NCBI GenBank assembly: GCA_018676855.1
Contig: JABHDY010000003.1
Location: forward strand, 148,136 to 212,135
Direction of reading: 5' to 3'
Length of the DNA stretch: 64,000 nt
From: Candidatus Woesearchaeota archaeon
GTDB taxonomy: Archaea; Nanobdellota; Nanobdellia; Woesearchaeales; GW2011-AR9
A program made the translations under genes and the position numbers. The notes under the pieces are model-generated. The model was given only the letters and a program-made list of their open reading frames with translations. It searched no databases and was not told the origin of the DNA. Position 1 is the stretch's first letter, and every line of letters starts with the position of its first letter. Below, in pieces: positions 1 to 8,880 of this stretch.

Positions 1-2002
1 TTCTTATTAAAACGAATGGTAAATGTAATTCTCGTGCAAGTACAGAACCGAAGATAAAACCTCGTGAATCAATTCCAGCGATTTTTGTAATGTTTGAGTT
101 CTGATACCTTTCTTTAAATTGTTGAATGACATTATTAAACGCATCTGGGTTTTGTAACAACGTTGTAATATCTCTAAACATAATTCCATCCTTTGGCCAG
201 TTAGGAACTGTTCTGATTGTATTCTTTAAATCGAACTCAGTTTTTTTAATCGGCATTTCATTTCCAACATGTGGAATAACCGTTGTCAATAAAGAAATAA
301 CTTTACTTACATTTTCCTTAAAAACTTGTAATACATCTTCCCATGTAACAGAGGGAACGTCATCAAATAAACAATCATAATCTGTTGACATGGCAACAGC
401 TGCATAAGGAATGCCTGCTTCCATTGCAAGGGCAGCTTCAGGTGCTACACTCATGTTAATAACATCTGCACCCCATGACCTAAACATTGTACTTTCTGCT
501 TTTGTTGAAAATCGTGGACCTTCAATTGTAATAACTGTGCCGTTCGTATGATGTTGTAAATTCAATTCTTGACACGTATTGATTAATATGTTTCGTAACG
601 AATCATTGAACGGTTTTGCCATTGCTGTGTGGATTATGTTTCCATCTTTGAATTCTTCATGAAACGTTACTTTTCTATGTCGTGTAAAGTCAATAAATTG
701 GTCAAGAATAACAAAATCGCCACGACCAATATCTTTTCGTAAGCTGCCACATGCAGTCGTTGCAATTATGTGTGTGCAACCAGCTTCTTTTAATGCATGA
801 ATGTTTGCTCTAAAATTAATTTGTGTTGGTGGAATGCTATGGTTACGCCCATGTCGTGCTAATAGAACAACATTAATATCATTTATTGTTCCAACTTTTA
901 ATGATGATTTTCCATACGGCGTTTGTACGTCAATATCTTGTGCATTTTGAAGAATTTCTGGATCGTCTAATCCTGATCCGCCAATGATTCCAATTTTAAT
1001 TTTCTTGTCAGAAAGGTTTTCAGTAGAAATAGTGTCTTTTAATTTATCTTTATCTAATCCTTTCAAACCGACACCTTTCTGTTCAACAACTTTTGATGCA
1101 AATAATGATCCTAAATCTCCAGATTTCTTAGTGTCCCAATTATTACAGTATCCATATAAGAACCCTGCTGCGAATGTATCGCCTGCACCAGTTGTATCAA
1201 TAGCATTTGCTTGAACTGAATTAATTCGAGTAATTGTTTCACCGTCATGAATTAACGAACCTTTCTCTCCTAATTTAACAACAGCTATCTTGACATATTG
1301 TGCAACGTCTTTTAATGCCTCTTCTTCTTCAAGACCAGTAAATTCTTTTGCTTCTTTTTCGTTCATGAAAATAATGTCAATAGAATCTTTTACTAATTCT
1401 GTAAATAATTCTTTATTCCGTCTGATGAGTGCAGGATCCGCAAGATCTATTGACACTAAAGTATTATGTTTCTTCGCCAATTCAATTGCATGTAATACAG
1501 TTTCCTTTGTTTTCCCCTCTAACTGATATGCTTCAATATGAAGAACTTTACTGTTTTGAATATCTTCTTCAAGAATGTCTTCTATATACAATTCTAATGC
1601 TGCACCTAGATGTACAGAAAATGTTCTTTCAGTATCTGGCGTTATGAACGTTACAGCATGTGCCGTTGTTAATGGATGTTTGCCAATCCTACTTGTCATG
1701 CCAAACTTTTCCATCTCTTGAATGTACTGTTCTCCATGTTTGTCTTCTCCTACTTTACCACACATGATAGTTTTTCCACCTAAGAAAGATATTCCCTTAA
1801 TTGTATTTGCTGAAGAACCGCCAGGTACAGTTTCTACGTTAAGATTTTGTACTTTAGAAAGTACTTCTTGTGCTTTAATCTCATCTACTAAATGCATCTC
1901 ACCTTTCTTAAGATTAAACGACGCTAAAGTAGTATCATCAACTTCAATTAAGAAATCCATCATTGTATTTCCCAATCCAATAACGTCGTTTGTTTTGTGC
2001 AT
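1..2002 (-). CDS. Tri-domain fusion: PfkB-family (adenosine/ribo)kinase + MTA/purine-nucleoside phosphorylase + adenine phosphoribosyltransferase; C-terminus runs off the left edge
   Basis: Absent from the ORF track because there is no stop inside the window. Hand translation of the minus strand from ATG 2002-2000 stays open to base 1 (about 667 codons). Motifs in order: 'AIDTTGAGDTFAAGFLYG' (PfkB signature); 'KIGIIGGSGLDD..LLARHGRNH..TIEGPRFSTKAES..INMSVAPE' (MTAP/PNP, about nt 1003-260); 'IRTVPNWPKDGIMFRDIT..IAGIDSRGFIFG' (APRT, about nt 240-1). Confidence 0.8.
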   Translation of the reverse strand, partial: MHKTNDVIGLGNTMMDFLIEVDDTTLASFNLKKGEMHLVDEIKAQEVLSKVQNLNVETVPGGSSANTIKGISFLGGKTIMCGKVGEDKHGEQYIQEMEKFGMTSRIGKHPLTTAHAVTFITPDTERTFSVHLGAALELYIEDILEEDIQNSKVLHIEAYQLEGKTKETVLHAIELAKKHNTLVSIDLADPALIRRNKELFTELVKDSIDIIFMNEKEAKEFTGLEEEEALKDVAQYVKIAVVKLGEKGSLIHDGETITRINSVQANAIDTTGAGDTFAAGFLYGYCNNWDTKKSGDLGSLFASKVVEQKGVGLKGLDKDKLKDTISTENLSDKKIKIGIIGGSGLDDPEILQNAQDIDVQTPYGKSSLKVGTINDINVVLLARHGRNHSIPPTQINFRANIHALKEAGCTHIIATTACGSLRKDIGRGDFVILDQFIDFTRHRKVTFHEEFKDGNIIHTAMAKPFNDSLRNILINTCQELNLQHHTNGTVITIEGPRFSTKAESTMFRSWGADVINMSVAPEAALAMEAGIPYAAVAMSTDYDCLFDDVPSVTWEDVLQVFKENVSKVISLLTTVIPHVGNEMPIKKTEFDLKNTIRTVPNWPKDGIMFRDITTLLQNPDAFNNVIQQFKERYQNSNITKIAGIDSRGFIFGSVLARELHLPFVLIR

Positions 2003-2009
2003 TCTTTTT

Positions 2010-3416
2010 TTAATACCGATAATGCTCAGCTTTATACGGTCCTTCTTTTGGAATTCCTAAGTATGCAGCTTGTTCATCTGTCATTATATCTATATCAACA
2101 TCTAATTTCTTCAGATGTAAACGAGCAACTTCTTCATCTAACTTTTTAGGAAGCATGTAGACACCAATTTCATACGTTTTAGTCCAGAGGTCAATCTGTG
2201 CCAAAACTTGATTCGTAAATGATGCACTCATCACAAACGATGGATGACCCGTTGCACAGCCTAAATTAACTAATCTACCCTCAGCAAGAACATAGATTTC
2301 CCTACCGTCAGGAAACGTATATTTATCATACTGTGGTTTGATATTCATTCTAGTAGCACCAGACTTAGTATCTAACCATGCCATATCAATTTCATTATCA
2401 AAATGTCCAATGTTAGACACTATTGCTTGATCTTTCATTGCCATAAAATGTCTATCTGCAATAATTTTAAAGTTACCAGTTGTCGTGACAAAGATATCTC
2501 CTTCCTTCACAGCATCATCCATTTTCTTCACTTCATATCCTTCCATTGCTGCTTGTAATGCATTTATTGGATCAATTTCAGTAACTATTACTCGACAACC
2601 ATACCCTTTCAAAGATTGTGCACATCCCTTACCTACATCACCATAACCAGCGACTACCGCTACCTTACCAGCTAACATAACATCGGATGCTCTCTTAATA
2701 CCGTCAACTAAAGATTCTCGACAACCATACAAATTGTCAAACTTAGATTTTGTAACAGAATCGTTCACGTTAATTGCTGGAAACAATAATTTACCTTTTT
2801 CTTTCATCTGATATAACCGATGAACGCCAGTTGTTGTTTCTTCAGAAACACCTTTAATCTCTTTAGCAACGTTTGTCCATTTCTGTGAACCTTGTTCATA
2901 TCCAGATTTCAACGATTTCATAAGTTCAACAAAATCTTCGCCTTCAGTACTATAATCTTTATCAAATAATGATGAATCTTTTTCAACATCTACTCCCTTA
3001 AGAACCATCATGGTAGCATCTCCGCCATCATCAACAATTAATTGTGGACCTAAACCATTTCCAAAGTCAAGAGCTTTATTTGTACACCACCAATATTCTG
3101 CAAGAGTTTCTCCTTTCCATGCAAAGACGGGAACTCCTGATTCAGCAATAGCTGCAGCTGCATGATCTTGTGTAGAAAAAATGTTACATGATGCCCATCT
3201 AACTTGTGCACCTAACTGAACTAACGTTTCTATAAGAACAGCTGTTTGTATAGTCATATGTAATGAACCCATGATACGTGCTCCCTGTAATGGTTTAGAA
3301 ACACCATACTTCTCTCTGAGAGCCATCAATCCAGGCATTTCTTTTTCTGCAATAGAAATTTCTTTTCTACCCCATTCTGCTAATGAGATGTCTTTAATTT
3401 TATAATCTTCATTCAT
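2010..3416 (-). CDS. ahcY: S-adenosyl-L-homocysteine hydrolase
   Basis: 468 aa. Full-length family match by eye: '[20 protein letters not shown]', NAD-binding '[10 protein letters not shown]', 'GHFDNEID', C-terminal 'YRY'. Confidence 0.95.
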   Translation of the reverse strand: MNEDYKIKDISLAEWGRKEISIAEKEMPGLMALREKYGVSKPLQGARIMGSLHMTIQTAVLIETLVQLGAQVRWASCNIFSTQDHAAAAIAESGVPVFAWKGETLAEYWWCTNKALDFGNGLGPQLIVDDGGDATMMVLKGVDVEKDSSLFDKDYSTEGEDFVELMKSLKSGYEQGSQKWTNVAKEIKGVSEETTTGVHRLYQMKEKGKLLFPAINVNDSVTKSKFDNLYGCRESLVDGIKRASDVMLAGKVAVVAGYGDVGKGCAQSLKGYGCRVIVTEIDPINALQAAMEGYEVKKMDDAVKEGDIFVTTTGNFKIIADRHFMAMKDQAIVSNIGHFDNEIDMAWLDTKSGATRMNIKPQYDKYTFPDGREIYVLAEGRLVNLGCATGHPSFVMSASFTNQVLAQIDLWTKTYEIGVYMLPKKLDEEVARLHLKKLDVDIDIMTDEQAAYLGIPKEGPYKAEHYRY

Positions 3417-3480
3417 TTTTTATCACCAACCATATAATTGTTATTAATATCACGCAATGTATTCCCATTCGCAATCCACA

Positions 3481-3492
3481 ATATATATAAAG
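3481..3492 (+). promoter_or_regulatory. TATA-box-like element upstream of gatD
   Basis: 'atatatataaag' centred about 29 nt upstream of ATG 3515. No SD, consistent with a leaderless archaeal start. Confidence 0.4.
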
Positions 3493-3514
3493 ATTTAGGA
3501 ATTATTGTTCATTC

Positions 3515-4810
3515 ATGCATACACCTGGAGATATAATAGAAATTAAAACTGAAAAAGAAATTGTAAAAGGTACATTAATGCCATCTTCTGATACAAATGT
3601 TGTTATGGTAAAGTTAGATAATGGATACAATATGGGTTTTGAAAAAAAACAGGTAAAAGATATTGTAGTAGTTGAAAAAAGGAAAGAAAAGGAAAAGAAA
3701 GACGTAAAAGATATTTCTAAAAATAAAGACTTACCAACACTTTCAATTCTACATACGGGCGGAACTATCGCTTCTAAAGTTGATTATAGAACTGGCGGTG
3801 TTGTTGCAGATTTCAGTCCAGAAGAACTCGTTAACTTATTTCCTGAATTGAAAAGCATTGCTAATATTGAATCTGAATTGATTAGCCAAATGTGGAGTGA
3901 TGACTTACGATTTGCACATTTTTCAATAATTGCAAAGAAAATTGAGGAACATGTTAAGAATGGCGTGAATGGAATAATAATAGGAATTGGAACGGATAAT
4001 TTAGCAGTTGCAGCTTCAGCAGTTTCATTCATGATTGAAAAAACGTCAATCCCAATAATCTTTGTTGGTGCACAACGATCTTCTGATAGAGGAAGTAGTG
4101 ATGCAGCAATGAACCTTATCTGTGCAGCAGAATTCATAACAAAAACTGATTTTGCAGGTGTTGCCATTTGTATGCACGGTGCAGTTGAAGACGATTTTTG
4201 TAATATTTTATCTGCAAATAAAACATATAAATTACATTCATCAAGGAGAGATGCATTTCAAACTGTTAATGATGAACCAATTGCACGTGTTGGATATAAA
4301 GATAGAAAAGTTGTATTCTTGAAAGATGAATACAGAAAAGCAGACGATAAATTAGAAATAAAACCAAAAATGGAAGATAAAGTTGGTTTACTTAAAATAC
4401 ATGTTAATATGTTTCCAGAACAGTTTGAGTTCTATAAAGGGTATAAGGGTCTTGTTATTGAAGGAACTGGTTTAGGTCACACGCCAGGTCAATCTCCTAA
4501 CAAAGAAACGGACATTCATAAAAAGATATATCCTGCACTGAAAAGTTTAATAGATTCAGGATGTGTTGTTGTTATGACAACACAATGTTTATTTGGTAGT
4601 GTTAACATGAATGTGTATGATAAAGGTCGTGACTTACAAAATGTGGGAATTATTTCTGGTAAAGATATGCTTGCCAATACTGCACTTGTAAAGTTGTCAT
4701 GGTTATTAGGTAATTATTCAGTTGACGAAACAAAACGGATGATTGGTGAAGATCTTCGAGGAGAGATTAATGAACAATTAAAATACGAAAAGGAGTTTGT
4801 ACAAAAATGA
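3515..4810 (+). CDS. gatD: Glu-tRNA(Gln) amidotransferase subunit D (asparaginase-like)
   Basis: 431 aa. Asparaginase motif 'LHTGGTIAS', 'GIGTDNL', archaeal GatD length and N-terminal extension. Confidence 0.9.
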   Translation: MHTPGDIIEIKTEKEIVKGTLMPSSDTNVVMVKLDNGYNMGFEKKQVKDIVVVEKRKEKEKKDVKDISKNKDLPTLSILHTGGTIASKVDYRTGGVVADFSPEELVNLFPELKSIANIESELISQMWSDDLRFAHFSIIAKKIEEHVKNGVNGIIIGIGTDNLAVAASAVSFMIEKTSIPIIFVGAQRSSDRGSSDAAMNLICAAEFITKTDFAGVAICMHGAVEDDFCNILSANKTYKLHSSRRDAFQTVNDEPIARVGYKDRKVVFLKDEYRKADDKLEIKPKMEDKVGLLKIHVNMFPEQFEFYKGYKGLVIEGTGLGHTPGQSPNKETDIHKKIYPALKSLIDSGCVVVMTTQCLFGSVNMNVYDKGRDLQNVGIISGKDMLANTALVKLSWLLGNYSVDETKRMIGEDLRGEINEQLKYEKEFVQK

Positions 4811-5058
4811 AATTACAAATCATGATTTTAATAGTATGTCTTTTTATCGTTGCATGTGTTCCTGCAGAGAAACAATGTTCAACTGATACTGATTGTGTTA
4901 AAGCAACATGTTGTCATGCAAGTTCTTCTGTGAATAAAGAGTTTGCGCCTGAATGTCAAGGACAAATATGTACATTGGAATGTGTTGAAGGAACAACTGA
5001 CTGTGGTTATGGTGATATTAAATGTATTTCTGGTTCATGTGAAGTAGTGTTGAAGTAA
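4807..5058 (+). CDS. Small Cys-rich secreted/lipoprotein-like protein
   Basis: 83 aa. Hydrophobic N-terminus ending 'FIVAC' (lipobox-like), then 13 further Cys ('CSTDTDC..CC..C..C..C..C..C..C'). ATGA overlap with the gatD stop. Confidence 0.5.
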   Translation: MKLQIMILIVCLFIVACVPAEKQCSTDTDCVKATCCHASSSVNKEFAPECQGQICTLECVEGTTDCGYGDIKCISGSCEVVLK

Positions 5059-5066
5059 TGTGTCAC

Positions 5067-5090
5067 TTTTATTGTTTTTTTTGATTTTTT
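5067..5090 (+). terminator. Oligo-T terminator candidate
   Basis: T4, T8 and T6 runs immediately after the stop at 5058, the usual form of archaeal intrinsic termination. Confidence 0.4.
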
Positions 5091-5130
5091 GTCATAAGGT
5101 TTAAATATAATCTCTAGTTGTTACTTACTA

Positions 5131-5370
5131 ATGGGAATTACTGATGTAATTGGACACGGACGTGAAATTAGAATAAGCAATAATCTTTTAGATAAAGCAC
5201 GCAGAGATATGCCTGAAACAGAAATCCATCCCGAGATTGTTAATCCACAACCAGAATATGGTCAACATAACGCAGTGTATATTGAAATTCGACATCCCTC
5301 AGACTTTGATATTGAAAGGAATGAACCTCCAAAATTAGAGTATGAATCAAGAATAATTGATATGAATTAA
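5131..5370 (+). CDS. Hypothetical protein
   Basis: 79-aa ORF with 'tttaaatata' about 25 nt upstream. No recognisable motif. Confidence 0.35.
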   Translation: MGITDVIGHGREIRISNNLLDKARRDMPETEIHPEIVNPQPEYGQHNAVYIEIRHPSDFDIERNEPPKLEYESRIIDMN

Positions 5371-5421
5371 TCTTATTTCTCGGTAGTTTTTTAAATTAGA
5401 AGCAAATTCTGTACTTTGTAT

Positions 5422-5505
5422 GCGGGGGTGGGAGAGTGGTCAAATCCGCTAGCTTGAGGGGCTAGTCCCTTAGTGGGTACGCGTGTTCAAGTCACGTCCC
5501 TCGCA
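5422..5505 (+). tRNA. tRNA-Leu (anticodon GAG), type II with long variable arm
   Basis: Acceptor GCGGGGG/CCCTCGC+A. Anticodon arm CTAGC-TTGAGGG-GCTAG. Variable stem CCC/GGG. T-loop TTCAAGT. No encoded CCA. TATA-like 'ttttttaaatt' about 28 nt upstream. Confidence 0.85.
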
Positions 5506-5507
5506 CA

Positions 5508-5915
5508 TTATTTTTCTTTGAAACTAAAAACGGGAGCGATAGAAAGTCGTGTACATGTTTTCTCAAGTGATCGTAAACTTGTTTGTATAACTGAATCTCT
5601 TGAAGTTGGAAAATAGAACTGATCAGAACCATGAATTGAATACATAACAATAACATCTCCAATATGAGCCAATCCGGGAGGAATGATTTGTGGTGTTGAA
5701 TCAAGTCGAAGATCATCTAATCGTTGAATTTGTACATTTGAATCATACGATAAAAGCTCAACAAAATTAACAGTTGTTAAACCAATATTTCCAGATTCTG
5801 GTCGTTTTCTATGTTCGCGCAGGTATCGTCGTGCAGTACCTTCTGATATGAAAAATGCATGTCCATCAACAGGAGGTTTAAGGTGCCATAGATACCCAAT
5901 TTTGTGTAATTCCAT
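5508..5915 (-). CDS. Hypothetical protein (start moved to the 'MELHKIGY' Met)
   Basis: The track ORF 5508-6002 runs through its own TATA region. ATG 5915 lies just downstream of 'ttataaat'. No motif recognised. Confidence 0.45.
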   Translation of the reverse strand: MELHKIGYLWHLKPPVDGHAFFISEGTARRYLREHRKRPESGNIGLTTVNFVELLSYDSNVQIQRLDDLRLDSTPQIIPPGLAHIGDVIVMYSIHGSDQFYFPTSRDSVIQTSLRSLEKTCTRLSIAPVFSFKEK

Positions 5916-6020
5916 AGTATTTATAATTCGTCTGTTTACTATTCTTAAGTGAAATATATAAATTTTTCTTTTATTAATCAAACCCAAACTTATATAAACC
6001 ATAATTATTTTGTTTATTTC

Positions 6021-6818
6021 ATGGATTCACACTGGGAAATTACACCTGAAAAGATAAAAATGCCAAAATTAAACAATCCGTTGTTTATAGAAGGTCTTCC
6101 AGGTATTGGTAATGTTGGCAAGATTGCTGTAGATTTTCTTATTGAAGAGTTTAAAGCTAAGAAGGTATGTTCATTCTTTTCATACAAATTTCCTCATTCA
6201 GTTTTTGTTAATGAAGATAATTTAATAGAAATGCCAAAGATTGAATTGTATTATAAGAAATTTAATGGTAAAAAGAGAGATTTACTTTTACTTACTGGAG
6301 ATATTCAACCCATTGATGAAGAAAGTTGTTACACATTCTGTGAAGAAATTCTTACACTTATGAAAAAAAATGGTAGTAAAGAAGTTATTACTACTGGTGG
6401 TATTGGATTACAAGAAATGCCTGAAAGTCCTAAAGTGTATTGTACAGGTAATGATACAAATCTTGTGAGAGAATATATGAAAAAGATTGGTATTAAAGAA
6501 GATATCTTCGGTGTTGTTGGACCAATAATTGGCGTTTCAGGAATTCTTTTAGGATTAGGAAAAAAACGAAACGTTAAGGGAGTATCATTACTTGCAGAAA
6601 CGTTTGCACATCCAATGTTTGTTGGTATAAAAGGTGCAAAGGAATTGTTAAAAGCATTAGAAAAGAAATTTACGTTTGGAATAAACATTCAAAAAATGAG
6701 TAAAGAAATTGTTGAATTGGAAAAAGAACTTCTGAAAAAAACTAAAGAGTGGGCATCCGAATCAAAAGGAATGATAGGTGCTCAACCAAAAAAGAAAGAA
6801 GTAAGTTATATTGGATAG
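6021..6818 (+). CDS. PAC2-family proteasome assembly chaperone-like protein
   Basis: 'PLFIEGLPGIGNVGKIAVDFLIEE' near the N-terminus and about 265 aa length are typical of the archaeal PAC2/COG1938 family. Start taken at 'MDSHWEI'. Confidence 0.7.
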   Translation: MDSHWEITPEKIKMPKLNNPLFIEGLPGIGNVGKIAVDFLIEEFKAKKVCSFFSYKFPHSVFVNEDNLIEMPKIELYYKKFNGKKRDLLLLTGDIQPIDEESCYTFCEEILTLMKKNGSKEVITTGGIGLQEMPESPKVYCTGNDTNLVREYMKKIGIKEDIFGVVGPIIGVSGILLGLGKKRNVKGVSLLAETFAHPMFVGIKGAKELLKALEKKFTFGINIQKMSKEIVELEKELLKKTKEWASESKGMIGAQPKKKEVSYIG

Positions 6819-6889
6819 AGATTCTTATCACTTTTACCGTCTATAAGCTAAACACAACCTTTATAAACAAATATACTATCCTTCAAGTC

Positions 6890-8875
6890 ATGTACAAAAA
6901 GAGGTTTAGGTTAGATAAAAGTAGTGCTATTTCTAGTTTGTTTAGGCAAAAGAATGGCCAGATTACATTATTCATAATAGTGGGGATTTTACTTATACTT
7001 GCACTTGTACTTGTCATATCATTAAAAACAGAAGTTTTAGTGTTTAAACCTGAAGAATTAATCGTAACAGAAAAAACAAGAATTGAAAATCTTATTACTG
7101 CATGTATTCAACAAATAGGTGAAGATGCTCTTAACCAAATAGGAATTCAGGGTGGATACATTAACGTTCCACCAACAATAGAACAAGATGCATCACTTCA
7201 TTTACGCGTATCTCCAATGCATGTTGTACCATATTGGGCATACGGTAAAGAAACAAACATCCCATCATTACAACAAATTAAAGAACGAACCGACCTTTAT
7301 ATTGAAAATAATTTAAGAACGTGTGTCCTGGCTGAAGAACCATTCCAAGAAACGTACGATATAACTGAAAGAAGCGACATCGTAGCAAACACAGAAATTG
7401 TTGAAAATCAAGTAATATTTAACGTTGAATGGAACCTTGACGTTCAAAACAAACAGGGCGAAACAGTTATTGAAGTTATTAGGCACGTAACTGAATCACC
7501 AATTAAACTTAAACGTCTTCATGCAATGGCAGAAAAGATTATTGAAAGAGAAATGACAGATCTTAAACTGGAAGATATCACACAAGACCTTATTTCTTTA
7601 GAACATCCGGACGTTCCCGTTGCAGGTACAGAAGTACGATGTTCACAAAAAGAATGGAACGTGCAAGAAGTTAAAAATGGATTGAAACAATTACTTCGTT
7701 ATAATGTAAACAAATTACGTGTTCAGGGAACAGAATTTGTTGAATACCCAGAAGATTTCCCATATTATCAAAATCATTACGTCTGGAATTTGGGTGATGA
7801 GTTTATTAATCCTGACGTTGGTGTTGTGTTTAAGTTTGAAGACACGTATCCATTTTCATTTCAAGTTACTCCAACACAGGGCGGTACAATGAGATCAAGT
7901 TCGTTAGGAGGAACAGACATTCTTTCATTTCTTTGTTTACAAAACTGGAAATTTACATACGACGTATCATATCCTGTCCTTGTACAAGTACATGACGAAA
8001 CGACTGGATATGTTTTCAATACGGCGTTTACTGTACATCTTGTCAGGAACATGCCAGATAGAGAAAGTGCACAAGTTGCACGAGGATCAGCAACAACAAC
8101 GTTCGTTGATGATGATAAGTACTGTTCACAACGACGAATACCTATGACAGTTACAACATGGGACCTTGTTGATAATGGTATTGTGTACGATCAACAACCG
8201 TTAGATAATACTGATGTAAGTTTTACATGCATAAAATTTACGTGTCCTCTTGGAAAAACTGTCTTTGACTTTGAACAGCGTGGATATCAAGCATCAAACA
8301 CATGGAACTTCCCGTACTGTGTTGGTGGTATTGTAAGAGGAACAAAAGATGGATATAAAGAAGATTGGCAACGTGTAGTAACAACGTCTGGTGAGAATGT
8401 TGAGTTAAACTTAATTCCAACAGTTACAATTCCTTTATCAAAAATTAATGTTTTAAAACATAGATTGCAAGAAGATATGGAAAATTCTATTGGAACAGAA
8501 ATTGATGATGATGAAATTGTGTCTATCCAAATACGATATGATAAAGAGGACCATAAATTAGTAGAAAATCAACCATTCCATAGCAGTAATGTTGTTCTTT
8601 CTTCAGAAATCGATGAAGAGATACTTAATGAACAATCTATTGAATTTCTTGCTGGTGCAGATTTTACGTATAATGTTCAAGTAAGTATTTTCAATAATGA
8701 ACAACTTGTTGGCGGATATAACCAAAACTGGACTGTACCTTGGGATTTGTTAGTTGATGCAGAAGGAATTACGTTTAATACAATTACAAGTAGTGATACA
8801 AGTGATATGGGATTATTTACATTCATGGCAGAACTGCCAATACATAGCGAGAAAATTTCGCCAGTAATAGAATAG
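6890..8875 (+). CDS. Membrane-anchored extracellular protein, unknown function (first gene of the surface operon)
   Basis: 661 aa from 'MYKKRFRL'. Single TM 'ITLFIIVGILLILALVLVISL'. TATA-like 'tttataaa' at 6860-6867, about 26 nt upstream. The track's 6749 start overlaps the PAC2 gene. Confidence 0.6.
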   Translation: MYKKRFRLDKSSAISSLFRQKNGQITLFIIVGILLILALVLVISLKTEVLVFKPEELIVTEKTRIENLITACIQQIGEDALNQIGIQGGYINVPPTIEQDASLHLRVSPMHVVPYWAYGKETNIPSLQQIKERTDLYIENNLRTCVLAEEPFQETYDITERSDIVANTEIVENQVIFNVEWNLDVQNKQGETVIEVIRHVTESPIKLKRLHAMAEKIIEREMTDLKLEDITQDLISLEHPDVPVAGTEVRCSQKEWNVQEVKNGLKQLLRYNVNKLRVQGTEFVEYPEDFPYYQNHYVWNLGDEFINPDVGVVFKFEDTYPFSFQVTPTQGGTMRSSSLGGTDILSFLCLQNWKFTYDVSYPVLVQVHDETTGYVFNTAFTVHLVRNMPDRESAQVARGSATTTFVDDDKYCSQRRIPMTVTTWDLVDNGIVYDQQPLDNTDVSFTCIKFTCPLGKTVFDFEQRGYQASNTWNFPYCVGGIVRGTKDGYKEDWQRVVTTSGENVELNLIPTVTIPLSKINVLKHRLQEDMENSIGTEIDDDEIVSIQIRYDKEDHKLVENQPFHSSNVVLSSEIDEEILNEQSIEFLAGADFTYNVQVSIFNNEQLVGGYNQNWTVPWDLLVDAEGITFNTITSSDTSDMGLFTFMAELPIHSEKISPVIE

Positions 8876-8880
8876 AAAAA

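Noticed and set aside
126-2060. Six small plus-strand ORFs in the track (126-380, 984-1214, 1290-1526, 1429-1647, 1722-2060) and minus ORF 7-189
   Set aside because: All lie inside, mostly antisense to, the continuous minus-strand kinase-MTAP-APRT reading frame, which has clear enzyme motifs. They have no motifs of their own.
3784-4167. Antisense or alternative-frame ORFs inside well-supported genes. Examples: 3784-4167 in gatD, 6329-6688 in PAC2, 9740-12091 in the giant gene, 38734-40227 in EF-2, 43463-44646 in glmS, 53498-53836 in the hydrolase gene
   Set aside because: They are shadow ORFs of AT-rich coding sequence. Each overlaps a gene with strong family motifs and none has recognisable features.
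6749-6889. Long N-terminal extensions offered by the track (6749, 5949, 17410, 18219, 33614, 42682, 54982 starts)
   Set aside because: The extensions overlap neighbouring genes or run through the gene's own TATA box. An internal Met with a TATA box about 25 nt upstream, or an SD, fits better.
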